Below, one piece after another: positions 30,363 to 39,311 of a DNA stretch of 44,797 nt. Numbering within the stretch: the stretch's first letter is position 1; every line of letters begins with the position of its first letter. The notes beneath the pieces were generated by a model, which was not told where the DNA came from, ran no database searches, and saw nothing but the letters and a program-made list of their open reading frames with translations. The position numbers and the translations under genes are program-made. Source of the stretch: Rubrivivax sp. (lineage in GTDB: Bacteria > Pseudomonadota > Gammaproteobacteria > Burkholderiales > Burkholderiaceae_C); contig JAYUPN010000064.1 in assembly GCA_043760065.1 (NCBI GenBank), forward strand, positions 1 to 44,797. The letters run 5' to 3'.

Positions 30363-32522
30363 ATGGACATGCAAGCCAGGCACCAGGATCAACGCGTCTT
30401 CCACCTCAGCGGCAAGCGCGCCGGCGACGGCGTGCTGCCGATCACCGGCCTGGGCCTGCGCCCGGCGCTGCTGGCGCCGTACCGCGAGCTCGACACGCTG
30501 CGCCATGACTTCCCGCTGGTGCTGGAGACGCGCCTGGGCGCGCCCGGGTTCGTGCACACGCTGTCCGGCCTCGTCGACGCGATGCTGCAGGAGGTGGCGC
30601 CGCGCGGCATCGAGGGCGAGCGTCTTCGCCGCCACGCGTTGCAGCTGGAACGCGAGATCCGTCGCGACGTCGCCGCCGGCGCGCGCGGCAGCCTGGCCGA
30701 ACTGTGGAACGCCGCCGCAGCCCGCCTGGGTGCGCGCGAGGACGAGGCGCTCGAGCAGGCGCTGACCCGGGCCGGCACCACGCTGCAGGCCGACGGCGCC
30801 GTGCTCGGCTGCAGCGTCGACATGCCGGCGCAGTTGCTCACCCACGCCTGGCAGTCTGTGCAGCAGCGCAAGGCGCGCCGGTTCCACGCCGACCTGGCAC
30901 GGCTGGTGCGCAAGCTGTCCGACATCCTGCGCGCCGCGTTCAGCCACTCGCAGGCCGGACGGCAGCCGCAGGCGCTGATGGCGTCGATGGGCGGCCCGCA
31001 CCACGCGCAGTTCGACTTCGAGGCGCTGTCGCGCATCGTCGGCAAGGGCGCGCCGCGCGACGAGTTGCCGCCGGCGCGGCGCGAACGCCTGCTGCGCACG
31101 CTGGCGGTGCTGGAGTCGCAGCGCTTCGTCGCCGCGCCCGGGATCGATGGCGCGGCAGAGTCCACAATCGCCTACGAATTCGTCTTCGACAACTGCGCAG
31201 ACGCCGCCGAGGCCTTTCGCGCCCGGCTGGGTGAGCTGGCCGCCCTGGTCAAGGCGCTGGCGGTGGCCGAGCTCGAGTCCGTGGGTCACTATATCGAGAC
31301 CGAGCACGACCTCAGCATCGAGGCCATGGACGAGCACGTGCTGACCCCCGAGGACCTGGCGCGCTTCCCCGACTACCTGGTGTGCATCCCGCCCGGCCGC
31401 AACGAGGCGCCCGAGAACGCAATGCTGATGGACCTGCTGTCGTCGGGACTGCCGCTGAAGGTGCTGGTGCAGAACGACGAGCTGCTCGAGGAAGCCGCCA
31501 TCGGCACCGGCCGCTACGCCTTCGGCGTGCGCAGCGCACGGCTGGCGACCGCCGCGATGGGCCTGGGCGGCATGTTCGTGCTGCAGGCGCCCAGCGCCAA
31601 CCTGTATGCGCTGCGCGCGCGCATCGTGCAAGGCCTGGTTTGCCGCGGCCCGGCGCTGTTCAGCGTCTTCGCGCGCGACCAAGGTGCGGCGGGCGAGCTG
31701 CCGGCGTACCTCTACGCTGCAGCGGCGATGCAGTCGCGCGCCTTCCCGTCGTTCAGCTACGACGCGGCAGCCGGCGCCAACTGGGCCGAGCGCTTTTCAC
31801 TCGAGAACAACCCGCAGCCCGATGACGACTGGCCCGTGGAGACGCTGGACTACGCCGACGCTGCGCAGCAGCACGCGCGCGAGCGCAGCGCCTTCACCTT
31901 CGCCGACTTCATGCTGTGCGACCCGCGTCAGGCGGCGCACTTCGCTCTCGTGCCACGCGAGCGCTGGCACGCGGACATGGTGCCGGCCGCGGACTGGCTG
32001 GCGCTGGACGGAGACGAGGCCCACCGCCGCCTGCCCTACATGCTGGCGGTGGACACAAACGATGCGCTGCAGCGCGTGCTGGTCGACGCGAGGCTGATGC
32101 AGGCCACCCAGCGTTGCCTGCTGCTGTGGCGCCGGCTGCAGGAGCACGGCGGTGTGCATGATTCGCATGCCGAGCGCCTGCTGGCGCGCGCGAAGGCCGC
32201 CTGGGGCGCGGCGCAGCAAGCACCGGTGGCCGCCGCAGCCAGCGAGCCGGCGGCCGCCGCCGTCACGCGCTCGCGCGACGAGGCCTGGATCGACACCGCG
32301 CGCTGCCCCAGCTGCAACGAGTGCCAGCTGATCAACGACCGCATGTTCGGCTACGACGAACGCAAGCAGGCCTACATCCTGGACCTGTCTGCCGGCACCT
32401 ACCGACAGCTGGTCGAAGCGGCCGAGAGCTGCCAGGTGGCGATCATCCACCCCGGCAAGCCGCACGACCCGAACGAGCCCGGACTGGAAGCACTGCTGGC
32501 CCGCGCCGAGGCGTTTCGCTGA
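30363..32522 (+). CDS. Uncharacterised protein with a degenerate PFOR C-terminal-like region and a C-terminal [4Fe-4S] ferredoxin domain
   Basis: GPALFSV, A.QSRAFPSF.YD...G..WAERFSL..NP, FTFADF resemble PFOR C-terminal segments; CPSCNEC...AESCQVAIIHPG ferredoxin; no GDG TPP motif; GTG 30360 is an alternative start. Confidence 0.7.
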   Translation: MDMQARHQDQRVFHLSGKRAGDGVLPITGLGLRPALLAPYRELDTLRHDFPLVLETRLGAPGFVHTLSGLVDAMLQEVAPRGIEGERLRRHALQLEREIRRDVAAGARGSLAELWNAAAARLGAREDEALEQALTRAGTTLQADGAVLGCSVDMPAQLLTHAWQSVQQRKARRFHADLARLVRKLSDILRAAFSHSQAGRQPQALMASMGGPHHAQFDFEALSRIVGKGAPRDELPPARRERLLRTLAVLESQRFVAAPGIDGAAESTIAYEFVFDNCADAAEAFRARLGELAALVKALAVAELESVGHYIETEHDLSIEAMDEHVLTPEDLARFPDYLVCIPPGRNEAPENAMLMDLLSSGLPLKVLVQNDELLEEAAIGTGRYAFGVRSARLATAAMGLGGMFVLQAPSANLYALRARIVQGLVCRGPALFSVFARDQGAAGELPAYLYAAAAMQSRAFPSFSYDAAAGANWAERFSLENNPQPDDDWPVETLDYADAAQQHARERSAFTFADFMLCDPRQAAHFALVPRERWHADMVPAADWLALDGDEAHRRLPYMLAVDTNDALQRVLVDARLMQATQRCLLLWRRLQEHGGVHDSHAERLLARAKAAWGAAQQAPVAAAASEPAAAAVTRSRDEAWIDTARCPSCNECQLINDRMFGYDERKQAYILDLSAGTYRQLVEAAESCQVAIIHPGKPHDPNEPGLEALLARAEAFR

Positions 32523-32589
32523 GGCGGTCCGGCTCAGCCGCGGCTGCCTCTCCGCGCCGCCCGGTCGGCACCGAGTCCCGGGCCGGCGC

Positions 32590-33393
32590 CTACTTGAGGG
32601 CCTGGCCCACCATCTTCTTGCGCACGAAAGCCAACTGCGTCTGCAGCGGCAAGTGCTTGGGACAGACGTCGTGGCAGCCCAGCAGCGACATGCAGCCGAA
32701 GACGCCGCCGTCGTCGCCCACGAGCTCGAAGAAGTCCTCGTCGTCGCGGATGTCGCGCGGGTCGAGCCGGAAGCGTGCGATCTTGTTGATGCCCACCGCG
32801 CCGATGAAGTCCTCGCGCATGCGTGCGCTGCCGCAGGCCGCCACGCAGCAGCCGCACTCGATGCAGCGGTCGAGCTCGTAGACCTGCTCGGCCAGCTCGG
32901 GCTCCATGCGTTCTTCCAGCCGGCACAGGTCGCGTTCGGCCTCCTGCTGGTGGACCCAGGTCTGCAGCCGCTCGCTCAGGCCGCGCATCCACTTGCCGGT
33001 GTCCACCGAGAGGTCGCCGATGAGCTCGAACACCGGCATCGGCGCCAGCGTGAAGCTGCTGTCCAGATCCTTGGTCAGCGTGCGGCAGGCCAGCGTCGGG
33101 CGGCCGTTGACGAGCATCGCGCAGCTGCCGCAGATGCCGGCGCGGCAGACGAAGTCGAACTGCAGCGAAGGGTCCAGCCGCTCGCGGATCTCGGTCAGCG
33201 CGATGAACAGCGTCATGCCCGGCGCGTCGTCCAGGCTGTAGGTCTGCCAGTGCGGCGCCACCTCGGGCGCGCGCGGATCGAAGCGCAGCACGCGGATGTT
33301 CAGCGCGCGCGCCGCGGCTGCAGCAGGCGGCGCAGCGCCGCTCGTGGCCTGCAACGATGCGGGCTCGACAACGATCGGAATGACGGTCTTCAC
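32590..33393 (-). CDS. frdB: Quinol:fumarate reductase iron-sulfur subunit
   Basis: GTG 33393 overlapping the frdA stop; [44 protein letters not shown]. Confidence 0.92.
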   Translation of the reverse strand: MKTVIPIVVEPASLQATSGAAPPAAAAARALNIRVLRFDPRAPEVAPHWQTYSLDDAPGMTLFIALTEIRERLDPSLQFDFVCRAGICGSCAMLVNGRPTLACRTLTKDLDSSFTLAPMPVFELIGDLSVDTGKWMRGLSERLQTWVHQQEAERDLCRLEERMEPELAEQVYELDRCIECGCCVAACGSARMREDFIGAVGINKIARFRLDPRDIRDDEDFFELVGDDGGVFGCMSLLGCHDVCPKHLPLQTQLAFVRKKMVGQALK

Positions 33394-35369
33394 AGCGGCT
33401 CGTCGATGCGTTCGTTGCGCCCGCGCAGGCGCTCGGGCAGGAGTTGCTCGTAGGGCATCAGCGCCTGCTGCACCTGCGGGCGCGGCGCACCGTCCAGGCG
33501 CTGGCGCAGCGCCGCCACTTCGGCGGCGCGCACCGGTGCATCGGGGTGGTCGGCGTAGTCCTTGGCGCCGTAACCGCGCCACCCCGGCGGCAGTTCCATC
33601 GCCTTCACGTCCAGCGCCTCGTAGCCCAGCGTCGGCAGCGTGTCGCCAGCTTGGGGCCAGGTTGCCAGCGTGCGCTTGAGCCAGTGCGCGTCGTCGCGGC
33701 GCGGATGGTCCTCGCGGTAGTGCGCGCCGCGGCTCTCGGTGCGCTGCGCTGCGCCGTGGGCCACGCACAGCGCCAGCTTGAGCATCTTCTGCGTGCGGTA
33801 GGCGGTCGCCAGCTCGGGGTTGCCACCCGCGGCCCTGTGGCGCAGGCCGATGCGGCGGCTGCGCTCGAGCAGCGACTGCAGTTCATGCACCGCTGACTTC
33901 AGGTCCTCGCCGGTGCGGAAGATGCCGACCTTGGCAGTCATGATCTCCTGCATCGCGATGCGCAGAGCCGATGCGTCCTCGCCGCCGTTGCCCTTCACCA
34001 GCCAGTCCAGCTTGGCCTTCTCGGCGGCGACGAACTCACGCACCAGCGCGGTCGAGATGCGCACCTCGCTGGCCGCCGAGTCGCAGAAGTCGGCCACGAA
34101 GTCGCCGACGATCATGCCCGCCACCACCGTTTCGGCCACCGAATTGCCGCCCAGGCGGTTGAAGCCGTGCAGGTCCCAGCACGCCGCTTCGCCGGCGGCG
34201 AACAGGCCCCGCAGCGTCGGGCTCTGCCCGGTGTGGTCGGTGCGCACGCCGCCCATCGTGTAGTGCTGCGCCGGCCGCACCGCGATCATCTGCTCGACCG
34301 GGTCGATGCCGAGGAAGGACTCGCAGATCTCCTTGACCTCGCGCAGGTTCTTCTCGATGTGGGCGCGGCCGAGCTGCGTGATGTCCAGCCACAGGTGGTC
34401 GCCGTAGCGCGTCGGCACGCCCTTGCCCTTGCGGATATGCGTCTCCATGCGGCGCGACACGACGTCGCGCGAGGCAAGTTCCTTCTTCTCGGGCTCGTAG
34501 TCGGGCATGAAGCGGTGGCCGTCGACGTCCTTGAGCAGACCGCCGTCGCCGCGGCAGCCCTCGGTGACCAGGATGCCGGCCGGGAAGATGCCGGTGGGGT
34601 GGAACTGCACCGCCTCCATGTTGCCCAGCGTCGCGACACCGGTCTCCAGCGCGATGGCGGTGCCGATGCCTTCGCAGATCACGGCATTGGTCGTCACGCG
34701 GTACAGGCGGCCGGCGCCGCCGGTGGCGATGACGGTGGCCTTGGCGACGTAGGCACACAGCGATCCATCGATCAGGTTGCGCACCACTGCGCCGTAGCAG
34801 CGGGCCCCCTCGTGGATCAGCGCGATGGCTTCCATGCGCTCGTGCACCGTGATCGACTCGGCGATCGCGCGGTCGCTGACGGCAAACAGCATCGCGTGGC
34901 CGGTGCCGTCGGAGACATAGCAGGTGCGCCACTTCTTGGTGCCGCCGAAGTCGCGCTGCGCGACCAGGCCGTGCGCCTCGTCGCGCTCAGTCAGCGTCAC
35001 CTTCTGGCCGTTGATGACGACCTGCCGGTCACCGCGCTGGACACGGCTCCAGGGCACGCCCCAGGCGGCGAGTTCGCGCACTGCCTTGGGCGCCGTGTTG
35101 ACGAACATGCGCACCACGCGCTGGTCGGCACCCCAGTCGCTGCCGCGCACGGTGTCCTCGAAGTGCACGTCCTCGTTGTCGCCCTGGCCCTTGATGACGT
35201 TGGCCAGCGAAGCCTGCATGCCGCCCTGGGCCGCCGCCGAGTGGCTGCGCTTGGGCGACACCAGCGACAGGATCACCGCGTCGTGGCCGCGGCGCTTGGC
35301 GCCGATGGCCACCCGCAGCCCGGCCAGGCCGCCGCCGACCACCAGCACGTCGGTGTAGATGATCTTCAT
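33390..35369 (-). CDS. frdA: Quinol:fumarate reductase flavoprotein subunit (Wolinella type)
   Basis: [72 protein letters not shown]. Confidence 0.95.
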   Translation of the reverse strand: MKIIYTDVLVVGGGLAGLRVAIGAKRRGHDAVILSLVSPKRSHSAAAQGGMQASLANVIKGQGDNEDVHFEDTVRGSDWGADQRVVRMFVNTAPKAVRELAAWGVPWSRVQRGDRQVVINGQKVTLTERDEAHGLVAQRDFGGTKKWRTCYVSDGTGHAMLFAVSDRAIAESITVHERMEAIALIHEGARCYGAVVRNLIDGSLCAYVAKATVIATGGAGRLYRVTTNAVICEGIGTAIALETGVATLGNMEAVQFHPTGIFPAGILVTEGCRGDGGLLKDVDGHRFMPDYEPEKKELASRDVVSRRMETHIRKGKGVPTRYGDHLWLDITQLGRAHIEKNLREVKEICESFLGIDPVEQMIAVRPAQHYTMGGVRTDHTGQSPTLRGLFAAGEAACWDLHGFNRLGGNSVAETVVAGMIVGDFVADFCDSAASEVRISTALVREFVAAEKAKLDWLVKGNGGEDASALRIAMQEIMTAKVGIFRTGEDLKSAVHELQSLLERSRRIGLRHRAAGGNPELATAYRTQKMLKLALCVAHGAAQRTESRGAHYREDHPRRDDAHWLKRTLATWPQAGDTLPTLGYEALDVKAMELPPGWRGYGAKDYADHPDAPVRAAEVAALRQRLDGAPRPQVQQALMPYEQLLPERLRGRNERIDEPL

Positions 35370-36190
35370 CGCGGCGGCACCGACGCGCCGGCCGGCGCCG
35401 GCTGCGCCCAGGCCGGCGTGTAGACCTCGCCCGCCCGCGGCGCGTGCTCGATGCCGATCTTGACGTAGGCCGCCAGCGTGGCCAGGCCCAGCGCCAGGAA
35501 GAACACCGTCAAGGCCCATTTCAACTTCTTCAGGCGGCGGCGCGTGGCGCCGGGGTCGGGCCCGGCGAACCAGCCCCACTTCATCGCCAGCCGGTACAGG
35601 CCGATGCCGCCGTGCAGTTCGACCGCGAACAGCAGCACCAGGTACAGCGGCCAGAAGGTGTCGCTCCAGACGCGGTCGGCGCTGCCGTAGGGACCGATGG
35701 TGTGCGGCCGCGTCAGCATCACGTACAGATGCACGGTGACCAGGAAGAACAGTGCAAAGCCGGTCAGCACCTGCCACCACCACAGCGTGGTGTCCTCGTG
35801 GCGCATCTGCCGCGCGTGGTCCCTGAAGGCGCGGTACTGCGCATAGTTGCCCGGGAACTTGCGCAGCGCCAGCAGAGCGTGCACGACGACGAGCGCGATG
35901 ATGCCGGCGACCACGATCGACACCAGCCACGGCAAGGAGCGGCCGAAAATGAAGTAGCCCTCGAAGAACTTGGTCACCGACCACATCGCGTCCTTGCCCA
36001 GCAGGATCGACGAGACGAAAAACATGTGGCCCCACATGAAGAGCGCCAGCACCAGACCGGTGGCGCTCTGTGTCCAGTCCAGCCGCGCCGGCCACCGGCT
36101 GGCACGCGCACGCGCCGTGGCAGCCGGCCGGGCGCTGCGCAGACCGTGCACGCCGGCCGGGGGGCTCTTGATGCCTGATGCTTCCTTCAT
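35366..36190 (-). CDS. frdC: Quinol:fumarate reductase diheme cytochrome b subunit (type B, five TM helices)
   Basis: [65 protein letters not shown]. Confidence 0.92.
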   Translation of the reverse strand: MKEASGIKSPPAGVHGLRSARPAATARARASRWPARLDWTQSATGLVLALFMWGHMFFVSSILLGKDAMWSVTKFFEGYFIFGRSLPWLVSIVVAGIIALVVVHALLALRKFPGNYAQYRAFRDHARQMRHEDTTLWWWQVLTGFALFFLVTVHLYVMLTRPHTIGPYGSADRVWSDTFWPLYLVLLFAVELHGGIGLYRLAMKWGWFAGPDPGATRRRLKKLKWALTVFFLALGLATLAAYVKIGIEHAPRAGEVYTPAWAQPAPAGASVPPR

Positions 36191-36248
36191 GATCGGGGGT
36201 CGGGGTCTGCGGCGGCTGGAGCGGGGCCGGCGGCGATGCCGACGACGC

Positions 36249-36290
36249 ATCTTGGTCGGGCCTGCGCTGCGCCTGCTTGATGCACGTCAA
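36249..36290 (-). promoter_or_regulatory. Class II FNR-type promoter for frdCAB
   Basis: TTGAT-GCAC-GTCAA (36277-36290), 22-nt spacer, minus-strand -10-like CAAGAT (36254-36249). Confidence 0.75.
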
Positions 36291-36376
36291 CCATCGCCCC
36301 GTCGCGTCGGGGCCGGCGGTCCAGGCCTCGGTGACGGCGCTGTGGCGGCGGCCGCAGCGCTGTCGATGGCCCGAGC

Positions 36377-36418
36377 TTGATGCATGTCATGGGCCCCGGC
36401 GCCAGCGCTTCCTACCAT
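36377..36418 (+). promoter_or_regulatory. Class II FNR-type promoter for the por operon
   Basis: TTGAT-GCAT-GTCAT (36377-36390), 22-nt spacer, -10 TACCAT (36413-36418). Confidence 0.72.
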
Positions 36419-36451
36419 CGACCTGGTTCTTGAACCCTGGGGGCGCTGGCG

Positions 36452-37042
36452 ATGCTGCAGATCCGAATCCACGGGCGGGGCGGCCAGGGGGTCGTCACCG
36501 CAGCCGAATTGCTCTCGGTCGCGGCCTTCGAGCAGGGCCGCCACGCGCAGGCCTTCCCCAGCTTCGGCTCCGAGCGCACCGGCGCACCGGTGGTGGCCTT
36601 CTGCCGCATCGACGACCAGCCGATCCGGCTGCGCGAGCCGATCCTGGCACCCGACGTGCTGATCGTGCAGGACCCGACGCTGCTGCACCCGGTCGACGTG
36701 TTCCAGGGCCTGCAACCCGACGGCTACGTGCTCATCAACAGCCAGCGCGGCTTCGACGAACTGGGCCTTTCCGACGTCGCCGCGCGCTTCCGCCGCGAGC
36801 GGCTGACCACCGTGCCGGCGACCGAGATCGCACTCAAGCACCTGGGGCGGCCGCTGCCCAATGCCGTGCTGCTGGGCGGCTTTGCGGCGCTGTCGGGCCT
36901 GATCACGCTGGACGCGGTGGCACACGCCATCCGCGACAAATTCAGCGGCAAGGTCGCTGGAGGCAACGTCGCCGCGGCCACCGAGGCCTACGCCTACATC
37001 CAGCGCGAACTCGAGGAACTGGGCCATGCTCAAGCAGACTGA
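36452..37042 (+). CDS. porC: Pyruvate/2-ketoisovalerate:ferredoxin oxidoreductase gamma subunit
   Basis: IRIHGRGGQGVVT, QAFPSFGSERTGAPV, PD.LIVQDPTL, PN.VLLG. Confidence 0.92.
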   Translation: MLQIRIHGRGGQGVVTAAELLSVAAFEQGRHAQAFPSFGSERTGAPVVAFCRIDDQPIRLREPILAPDVLIVQDPTLLHPVDVFQGLQPDGYVLINSQRGFDELGLSDVAARFRRERLTTVPATEIALKHLGRPLPNAVLLGGFAALSGLITLDAVAHAIRDKFSGKVAGGNVAAATEAYAYIQRELEELGHAQAD

Positions 37043-38279
37043 AGGCTCGCACGCCATTGCCGAAGCAGTGGCGCTGAGCCGCCCCGACGTCATCTGCGCC
37101 TACCCGATCTCGCCGCAGACGCACATCGTCGAAGGCCTGGGCGAACGGGTGAAGAACGGCTCGCTGACGCCGTGCGAGTTCATCAACGTCGAGAGCGAGT
37201 TCGCCGCCATGAGCGTGGCCATCGGCGCCAGCGCGGCCGGCGCCCGCACCTACACCGCCACCGCCAGCCAGGGCCTGCTGTTCATGGCCGAGGCCGTCTA
37301 CAACGCCTCGGGCCTGGGGCTGCCGATCGTGATGACGGTGGCCAACCGCGCCATCGGCGCGCCGATCAACATCTGGAACGACCACAGCGACAGCATGAGC
37401 CAGCGCGACAGCGGCTGGCTGCAGCTCTTCGCCGAGAGCAACCAGGAGGCGGTGGACCTGCACATCCAGGCCTTCAAGCTGGCCGAAGAGCTGTCGATGC
37501 CGGTGATGGTGTGCATGGACGGCTTCATCCTCACGCACGCCTGCGAGCGCGTCGACATCCCCGATCAGGCCGAGGTCGACGCCTTCCTGCCGCCCTACGA
37601 ACCGCGCCAGGTGCTGGACCCGGCCGATCCGGTGTCGATCGGCGCCATGGTCGGGCCCGAGGCCTTCATGGAAGTGCGCTACCTGGCGCACGCCAAGCAG
37701 CTGTCGGCGCTGGACGCGATCCCGCGCATCGCCGAGGAGTTCAGGCAGCGCTTCGGCCGCTCGTCGGGCGGCCTGGTGCGCAGCTACCGCTGCCAGGACG
37801 CGCAGACCATCGTCGTCGCGCTGGGCTCGGTGATCGGCACGCTGAAGGACACCATCGACGAGATGCGTGCCGACGGCATCGCGATCGGCGTGCTGGGCAT
37901 CCAGTCGTTCCGCCCCTTCCCGCTGGCCGCGGTGCGCGCTGCGCTGCAAGGCGCGCACAACGTCGTCGTGCTGGAGAAGAGCTTCTGCGTCGGCCTGGGC
38001 GGTGTCGTGTCCACCGACGTGCGGCTGGCGCTGTCGGGGCTGCAGCTGCACGGCCACACGGTGGTCGCGGGCCTCGGCGGACGTGCGATCACCAAGGCCT
38101 CGCTGCACCGCACGCTGCGCGAGGCGATGGCCGGCACGCTGCAGCCGCTGACCTTCATGGACCTGGACTGGCGCATCGTCAACCGCCAGCTGGAGCGTGA
38201 AGCGCAGATGCGGCGCAGCGGCCCCGTCGCCGAGAACCTGCTGCGCGACGTCGGCACCGTGGCCTCCAAGGTGGCTTGA
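37026..38279 (+). CDS. porA: Pyruvate/2-ketoisovalerate:ferredoxin oxidoreductase alpha subunit
   Basis: AYPISPQTHIVE, VESEFAAMS, TATASQGL, NRA.GAPINIWNDHSD, DGFILTH. Confidence 0.92.
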   Translation: MLKQTEGSHAIAEAVALSRPDVICAYPISPQTHIVEGLGERVKNGSLTPCEFINVESEFAAMSVAIGASAAGARTYTATASQGLLFMAEAVYNASGLGLPIVMTVANRAIGAPINIWNDHSDSMSQRDSGWLQLFAESNQEAVDLHIQAFKLAEELSMPVMVCMDGFILTHACERVDIPDQAEVDAFLPPYEPRQVLDPADPVSIGAMVGPEAFMEVRYLAHAKQLSALDAIPRIAEEFRQRFGRSSGGLVRSYRCQDAQTIVVALGSVIGTLKDTIDEMRADGIAIGVLGIQSFRPFPLAAVRAALQGAHNVVVLEKSFCVGLGGVVSTDVRLALSGLQLHGHTVVAGLGGRAITKASLHRTLREAMAGTLQPLTFMDLDWRIVNRQLEREAQMRRSGPVAENLLRDVGTVASKVA

Positions 38280-39311
38280 ATGAACATGCCCGTCAAGTTC
38301 TACCAGACCGGCACCTTCACCGTCGGCAACCGCCTGCTTGCGCCCGCACAACGCAGCGTGCAGGCCAGCACCGAGCGCAGCAACTCGCTCAACAGCGGCC
38401 ACCGCGCCTGCCAGGGCTGCGGCGAAGCACTGGGCGCACGCTACGCCATCGACGCCGCGATGCGCGCCACCGACAAGCAGCTGATCGCGGTCAACGCCAC
38501 CGGCTGCCTGGAGGTCTTCAGCACGCCGTACCCCGAGACGTCGTGGCAGCTGCCGTGGATCCATTCGCTGTTCGGCAACGCCGCGGCGGTGGGCACCGGC
38601 GTCGCGGCGGCGCTGAAGATCAAGGCCCTCAAGGCCGGGCAGCCGCAGAGTGCCGTGCGCGTGGTGGCGCAAGGCGGCGACGGCGGCACCACCGACATCG
38701 GCTTCGGCTGTCTGAGCGGCATGTTCGAGCGCAACGACGACGTGCTCTACATCTGCTACGACAACGAGGCCTACATGAACACCGGCGTGCAGCGCAGCTC
38801 GGCCACGCCCTACGCCGCGCGCACCGCCACCACGATGGCCGTCGGCCCGCAGCCAGGCGCGGAGGCCGGCAAGGGCAAGAACCTGCCGCTGATCGCGATG
38901 GCGCACGAGATCCCTTTTGTGGCCACCGCCACCGTGGCCGACCTGCACGACCTGGAGGCCAAGGTCGACAAGGCGATGAGCCTGCACGGCGCGCGCTACC
39001 TGCACGTGCTGGTGCCGTGCCCGCTGGGTTGGGGCTCGGCCAGCCACGACACCATCCGGCTCGCGCGGCTGGCGCGCGAGACCGGCCTCTTCCCGGTCTT
39101 CGAGGCCGAACACGGCGAAGTGACGCGTGTCACCAAGATCCGCCACCGCGTGCCGGTGGACGAGTACCTGCAACCGCAGAAGCGTTTTGCGCACCTGTTC
39201 GGTCCGCACGGCCGCTCCGACATGCTGGCGCGCATCCAGGCCGACGCCGACCGCAACATCCGCCGCTTCAAGCTGCTCGACGACACCGTGACCGACGAGG
39301 TGAACGCATGA
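38280..39311 (+). CDS. porB: Pyruvate/2-ketoisovalerate:ferredoxin oxidoreductase beta (TPP-binding) subunit
   Basis: GHRACQGCG, ATGCLEV, GGDGGTTDIG, YDNEAYMNTG.QRS, PCPLGW. Confidence 0.92.
   Translation: MNMPVKFYQTGTFTVGNRLLAPAQRSVQASTERSNSLNSGHRACQGCGEALGARYAIDAAMRATDKQLIAVNATGCLEVFSTPYPETSWQLPWIHSLFGNAAAVGTGVAAALKIKALKAGQPQSAVRVVAQGGDGGTTDIGFGCLSGMFERNDDVLYICYDNEAYMNTGVQRSSATPYAARTATTMAVGPQPGAEAGKGKNLPLIAMAHEIPFVATATVADLHDLEAKVDKAMSLHGARYLHVLVPCPLGWGSASHDTIRLARLARETGLFPVFEAEHGEVTRVTKIRHRVPVDEYLQPQKRFAHLFGPHGRSDMLARIQADADRNIRRFKLLDDTVTDEVNA

Noticed and set aside
33390-36290. Apparent long N-terminal extensions on FrdA and FrdB (also on NuoC, D, F, H, I, L, KorB, BkdA2, BkdB and the PorD-GltD protein)
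   Set aside because: They are off-frame overlaps of upstream genes; true starts were assigned from stop/start overlaps, RBS and family N-termini.
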